A stretch of DNA of 64,000 bases from Candidatus Kapaibacterium sp. (GTDB lineage: Bacteria > Bacteroidota > Ignavibacteria > Kapaibacteriales > UBA2268), in NCBI GenBank assembly GCA_963664875.1, contig OY761611.1:3456001-3520000 (forward strand), written 5' to 3'. The notes under the pieces were generated by a model that saw nothing but the letters and a program-made list of their open reading frames with translations, searched no databases and was not told the origin of the DNA. Positions within the stretch are counted from its first letter, which is position 1. Each line of letters opens with the position of its first letter. A program made the position numbers and the translations under genes. Shown here one piece after another: positions 61,201-64,000 of this stretch.

Positions 61201-63828
61201 TTTTATGATAAAGATGAGGAAGCAATATTGCCACTGATCATTCATAAAGCACCAAAACATGATTTACGTTATCAATGGGGAAATACAAATCCAAGTAATA
61301 TTAAACTTCATACTGTATTTGAAAATGTTATTTGGTATCCTGATTTGATTAGAACAGTTCTGAATTATGATGAACTTCCTGAATCTCATGGTATGATATG
61401 GAAAGAGTTTCCAGAGAAATCAGTATGGGATAATATTTCTAAGAAAACAAACGATTGGGTGATATTATCTGATAAAACTATGGGGACAACAATAAAATCC
61501 GAAGTTCGTAATCTAAAAGGTCGTCAGGCTGCAATTGCGTATAGAGAATCAGGTGCACTTCCATTTAACTATATGGTATTTTCTTATGATGCCAGAGGTC
61601 GCCTTGAAGCATTAATGCGTTATACTGATAATCTCGGTTATGATGCGGTTTATTACTATTACAATTCAGCTGATCAGATTACTTGCCAGATAACAGCAGA
61701 TCCAATCAGACACCAAGTTACTTGGAATGAATATGACAACTTAGGTAATTTAATATCTGTAGTAAGTACTCCTCCTCTAGATTATGGCTTGTGTAAAGAT
61801 ATCGATGGTAATTATGACTCAAGTAATCCAAGTTTTGATAATTTAATTGATGATTCAAAACTACCAACAGCTACAGATAAATACTATCAATATTTTAAAA
61901 ATTTGAAGGACAACTACACTAATCCTGATGCTGAATATACTTATTATGATAATGGACTTATTCAAAATATCTATTATTATGATGACAACAATGAGCAATA
62001 TACAACTATTAAGTCTTATGATGAACATAAGCGACTAGTCACTGCTGAAAATAAAAATCCAAATGAGGATATATTGTTTGCAGAGAATATTGTTTACGAT
62101 ACTAATGACGAAAATCTTGGTTTTATAAATGAATATACTGTTGACAATAGAACAATAGCTTATAGTTATGACAATCTTGGACAGTTAACAGCATCTACGG
62201 ATGATATGGGTGGACTTCTTCAACAGTATAACTACACCTATGATAATATGGGTAATAGACTTGTTTCTACACAAAATTCTTGGTTAGGAGGAACGGTATT
62301 AACTTCTACAACTAAGAGATCTACAATTGACTTTGGTAAAAATACTGTGTCTAATGTCGAAACAGTTCCAAATCCATTATTACCTGTGGAATATAAATCT
62401 GTCCAGGATTATAATTCCAGTGGTTTGTTAAAACATAAACGAAGCTTCAAATCTGGAATAATGCTTCCATTCAGCAAAGTAGTGGGTAAAGATAACACAA
62501 GTGTGTATGAGTATGACACAAAAGGTTTATTACATAGATATGCCTATAAAGAACAAGTTGTACATTCTTCTTCAGAGATAGATTTTGATTGTTTGATGGA
62601 TATAAACGACGAAGAAAGAATTGAGTGGCGCTATGCTTATAATCCAATGGGTGATAGAGAGCAGAAACGTGTCTTCCATACTCCTAATGGAGATGATAAT
62701 TGGAATTTCTATCCTTGGACTTATAATTTGCTCGGAGCTTCAGGAAATGCATTAGCTGTTTACCATGGTGCTCAGATTTCTGATAGTGTTGTATATTGTG
62801 AATTATGGGTGGGTGACGCACATTATGATGGCTATGCAGATATTAATATTACTAGACCATATAAACGAAATTACTATGACCTAGATACTAATATGAATAT
62901 AGTCATGCTATATCCTGCAGAATTTAATGCTACACCGGGAATCAGTTACAGACCTGATTTTGATTCTGAGAATGGTTTTAGAACTACTTGGAAAAAACAT
63001 CTAATGTTTGCAGACCGAATGGGATCAACTCGATATGTAGTTAGTGCTGATGATATTGAAAAGTTCCATTACGAGCCATTTGGAAAACAACTACCAATAT
63101 CAGGTGACCAGCGCACCGCCTACATCGGCATGGAACTTGACCGAGAAAGCGAACTGGGCGACCACGGAGTGCGTAAAGTGGATTACGGGCTAGGCAGGTT
63201 TACTACGATAGATCCACTGTGGGAGAAATATTATGCATGGTCTCCGTACCAGTATAGTATGAATAATCCGGTGAGTTTTTTGGATTGGAATGGTAAGGAT
63301 TTTGGTTTTGTTGTACATCCAGATCAAGCAGCAGGAATGGGACATACAACTTTGTATTATCAAAATGGCCAAGGTGATTGGTTTAGATTTGATATGGGAA
63401 ATTATAATGATCAACCTTCTTCTGGAGCTTGGACGACATTGTTTGGTTTTAACTATAATGCTACTGTGAAAATCAATCCTACAAATGTTCCAAGAGATAT
63501 GATTAGATTTCAAACCACTGTCAACCAGGATGAAGAAATTGAAAAAAGTGCTCTTGAATCCCAAAGACGCCATAATTCAGGTGAAGATTCTTATAATGTA
63601 TATTCAAATAATTGTACCGATGCTGCCGTAGATGTGATATTAGATGCTAAAAATAGTGCTACTGATATTGATATAATTAATCCATGGTACACAATCAAAC
63701 CCAACTCATGGAAAGAAGATTTGCTTGAAGCCATACAGGATGGAGTACAAACAACAGATTTTAGAATGTTCGATCCGAATACTGCCAAGGAGGATACGCA
63801 ATCCTCTTCAGACGAAAATGAAGATTAG
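55276..63828 (+). CDS. RHS/YD-repeat protein with RHS core and C-terminal putative toxin domain
   Basis: Signal peptide; YD repeats (YDTRGRV, YDNLGQL, YDNMGNR); core DRMGSTR...YEPFG...YIGMELDRE...RFTTIDPLWEKYYAWSPYQYSMNNPVSFLDWNG. Confidence 0.9.
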   Translation: MRLNKLFIVLFSIILLSSLPIIAQQYDAYQSAMNGFSNNYTNGSKTSDGTVAISETNLNAVYSYEISNYNINDANINVTLNYSGQVQFSSFVDYDTEWIRKVSKKPAWIVGVNGFAVDVLKENGLFSNPEWLYRTDAPLRNNSYYWDTDWFNEIKTALTEDSYATYDIEFSNKDMVWMVDGYDFCNDLEELDNTHAFETISLLRADGTLLQLRNEAPKVRSGRYFEVGANSTGYAYIKEDGAHNSLTDAALYPGDAIGTDGYADRVRVLYYYPGDGYEYVFQEYITPYGKKYFNQGHSDEAYSLGEEGALEDPIGYGRQSSGASAGTPKVFYLVRINHQNRELIRLRYEWHYSNPTEPELADNPNTSEHEVRFNDGAIGRAGISYFNHHYFNWKYNKYTIRAFNKEYIIDCGKDNFNSPEGDPFHVYFPNVTFYGLYYPRQSSNLEKSAGTFYNSGWKQDADVKTSSNADNKWYVPLYSLHSINDFGSYNRADNTQSLTMTPDTAAFDDAYDHQEIIIAPYEYFFTALYYPSKITQKVWTYEYEDNAAVNDNSEPVEERNTYFTYEDYSVRTPLGTMNQPSAINFPGRACGTEINAVLDKAKDDYFDGNISKASLNVYYTNTDKRIIKIDEPTKIYNFDYHKKNEPYSIPDIINPDQSAGYTLETVSSYFTNNWMVATNAVANFSIVDRTTLQPVRITDYNIENYMQTSHTVYKTDKIPYWNLSAGAVSYSTMDEVKTTTQYDYFAYDLTLASSTTPTSTYRTVALRPNYKKVEYNKYLDIDRVNFVPTTIETSYTYSLLDPASSSSSITYWKDDITSITTTIDGNEVDHREYVNTYNDNILFEYTDMQSRFAVKDQTVETIYDNAGQILKKNVTKYQSLIPEFSDVSFDDTYDYIGYSRPLSQESWVFENKIYDERTYFQYFMDATFSYIPPLGWTPPDIDWDAISIGDGSNNNPFSKIKENDETLNTKRPKNFDYESCFWSEQKWLQWDTTKRVALYPIINIPYRSETLDASGQLIIGQEQTINTSELINFEGKDILSYSRGKPVATYRLVNNNGTIVKEKTDSILYAFGYQGGGLPFKHINANGAISANYYLYNHKNQTTLSSTGGTNPQFAVEDFWNPEIADFDSSPCGCEPDLFFTPAGILPTNSNTFVFDKIVETRNLTTRGAPVATRYFVRKYAPLDLPDEDDEYDGIISIDTPEEVKLNGKNDIQSFELDDSGNLLLSEKDLVGDDKIAFSLNTINEYSPTGIKLSTIEPNFFLSNFTYDNSDRLSRINLPYDFANPFSDETSTCYSGNYLKMSANSTVISTTRNFSYLYYVDGNTWYLDFSDNGLTDNCSYYAGSGYIGFEKNSTTNIPLKEVVDSDGNTYNKAPDLITGTIISDLEKELSDEAKAVVTVDILSLESNNGIENTDLQESELFVEFSLPPGYNTINSINDIWIQFKDFQIYKNIVSTNADQLPGTFFLSINLFDVVGSVYVAVSGVEPIIAKVEANDIVRDYTEDINSHSQESTLDLKGLLFSSAFSTELMNLLNTQGRAFLSFRIISCDENGVVFYGTSSNISVSLDGDFEVSNSYDLDFVRSNFTMCDYTLRNIYSPIFFGYKNTAYNTLTKIDDQYKNFFASSSTTGLDSRYSETVTQLLYDYKPFKVRQLDASGNTTTTTYALPSLQKTPFETVEIANDFHSGKEINTKNVFNSDGSLLGNISSFGSTTTVTEEYINASNISSIRTTYSFLSNTAYDFIFDNFYTSTVRKVTTTNNNSIKSEKYFNILGQLIVEIQDAGDASSHLNKTSLFNYDDMGNILGILNLNNNSDYSDDQDILYSYDTRGRVSAKYQPDLGIQSFIYDSVGNVRFSQTQEQHDSSRISFFEYDDLNRITLIGEVELEKESIENDPNFGKTITDHSVDNHQLIYSYARMIDALDPYIINDGGFTDANLVTANRTLWYENRDHGIDFPIAPDEIVEFDQGMPWILNGIKKFYDKDEEAILPLIIHKAPKHDLRYQWGNTNPSNIKLHTVFENVIWYPDLIRTVLNYDELPESHGMIWKEFPEKSVWDNISKKTNDWVILSDKTMGTTIKSEVRNLKGRQAAIAYRESGALPFNYMVFSYDARGRLEALMRYTDNLGYDAVYYYYNSADQITCQITADPIRHQVTWNEYDNLGNLISVVSTPPLDYGLCKDIDGNYDSSNPSFDNLIDDSKLPTATDKYYQYFKNLKDNYTNPDAEYTYYDNGLIQNIYYYDDNNEQYTTIKSYDEHKRLVTAENKNPNEDILFAENIVYDTNDENLGFINEYTVDNRTIAYSYDNLGQLTASTDDMGGLLQQYNYTYDNMGNRLVSTQNSWLGGTVLTSTTKRSTIDFGKNTVSNVETVPNPLLPVEYKSVQDYNSSGLLKHKRSFKSGIMLPFSKVVGKDNTSVYEYDTKGLLHRYAYKEQVVHSSSEIDFDCLMDINDEERIEWRYAYNPMGDREQKRVFHTPNGDDNWNFYPWTYNLLGASGNALAVYHGAQISDSVVYCELWVGDAHYDGYADINITRPYKRNYYDLDTNMNIVMLYPAEFNATPGISYRPDFDSENGFRTTWKKHLMFADRMGSTRYVVSADDIEKFHYEPFGKQLPISGDQRTAYIGMELDRESELGDHGVRKVDYGLGRFTTIDPLWEKYYAWSPYQYSMNNPVSFLDWNGKDFGFVVHPDQAAGMGHTTLYYQNGQGDWFRFDMGNYNDQPSSGAWTTLFGFNYNATVKINPTNVPRDMIRFQTTVNQDEEIEKSALESQRRHNSGEDSYNVYSNNCTDAAVDVILDAKNSATDIDIINPWYTIKPNSWKEDLLEAIQDGVQTTDFRMFDPNTAKEDTQSSSDENED

Positions 63829-63854
63829 AGTTTAATTTATTTGGGATACTATAT

Positions 63855-64000
63855 ATGAAAACAAATAAAATCATAATAAGTTTTTTAGCAGCTTTGATAA
63901 TAAATGCATGCTACTGCAATAGACATAACGTTATATTTGATTATAAATCAAATATATACTTACAAAACAAAGAAATTAACTATATACTAGAGGTTTATAA
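63855..64000 (+). CDS. Probable lipoprotein, candidate RHS immunity protein (runs off window)
   Basis: MKTNKIIISFLAALIINAC lipobox-like N-terminus, 26 nt after the RHS stop. Confidence 0.5.
   Translation, partial: MKTNKIIISFLAALIINACYCNRHNVIFDYKSNIYLQNKEINYILEVY

Noticed and set aside
6417-63788. Numerous short antisense or alternate-frame ORFs in the track
   Set aside because: They overlap well-supported genes and show no independent coding signal

Overview
AT-rich bacterial chromosome segment, most likely FCB group (Bacteroidota/Ignavibacteria/Kapabacteria-like). This is inferred from the T9SS-type C-terminal sorting domains, TAnnTTTG promoter elements and the ExbB-ExbD-ExbD-TonB-PstS-TPR cluster. 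Bases 1-40.8 kb are mostly core genes: namZ-like, TPR, ftsK, comB, kdsA-lptC-tpiA-pgsA-pgpA, HU, pyrB, prmC, a TonB cluster, yceD-rpmF-plsX-fabHDG-acpP-fabF-rnc-gcvPB, recQ and a two-kinase LytTR system. At 2.0-5.95 kb they are interrupted by a head-to-tail array of five Rpn-family (PD-(D/E)XK nuclease) genes. These copies have near-invariant nuclease domains and combinatorially shuffled C-termini, and one copy is reduced in frame to the C-terminal module alone. This is the best candidate for an unusual system. From about 41 kb to the end is an accessory region. It holds restriction-gene remnants flanking a pentapeptide-repeat membrane protein, a 188-bp imperfect palindrome plus 20-bp-period repeats next to a P4-type primase/excisionase module with no integrase in the window, T9SS-sorted proteins, and a 2850-aa signal-peptide RHS protein with a papain-like C-terminal domain followed by a probable immunity lipoprotein. 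No tRNA, rRNA or CRISPR array was found. All family assignments come from motif recognition by eye, not database searches.
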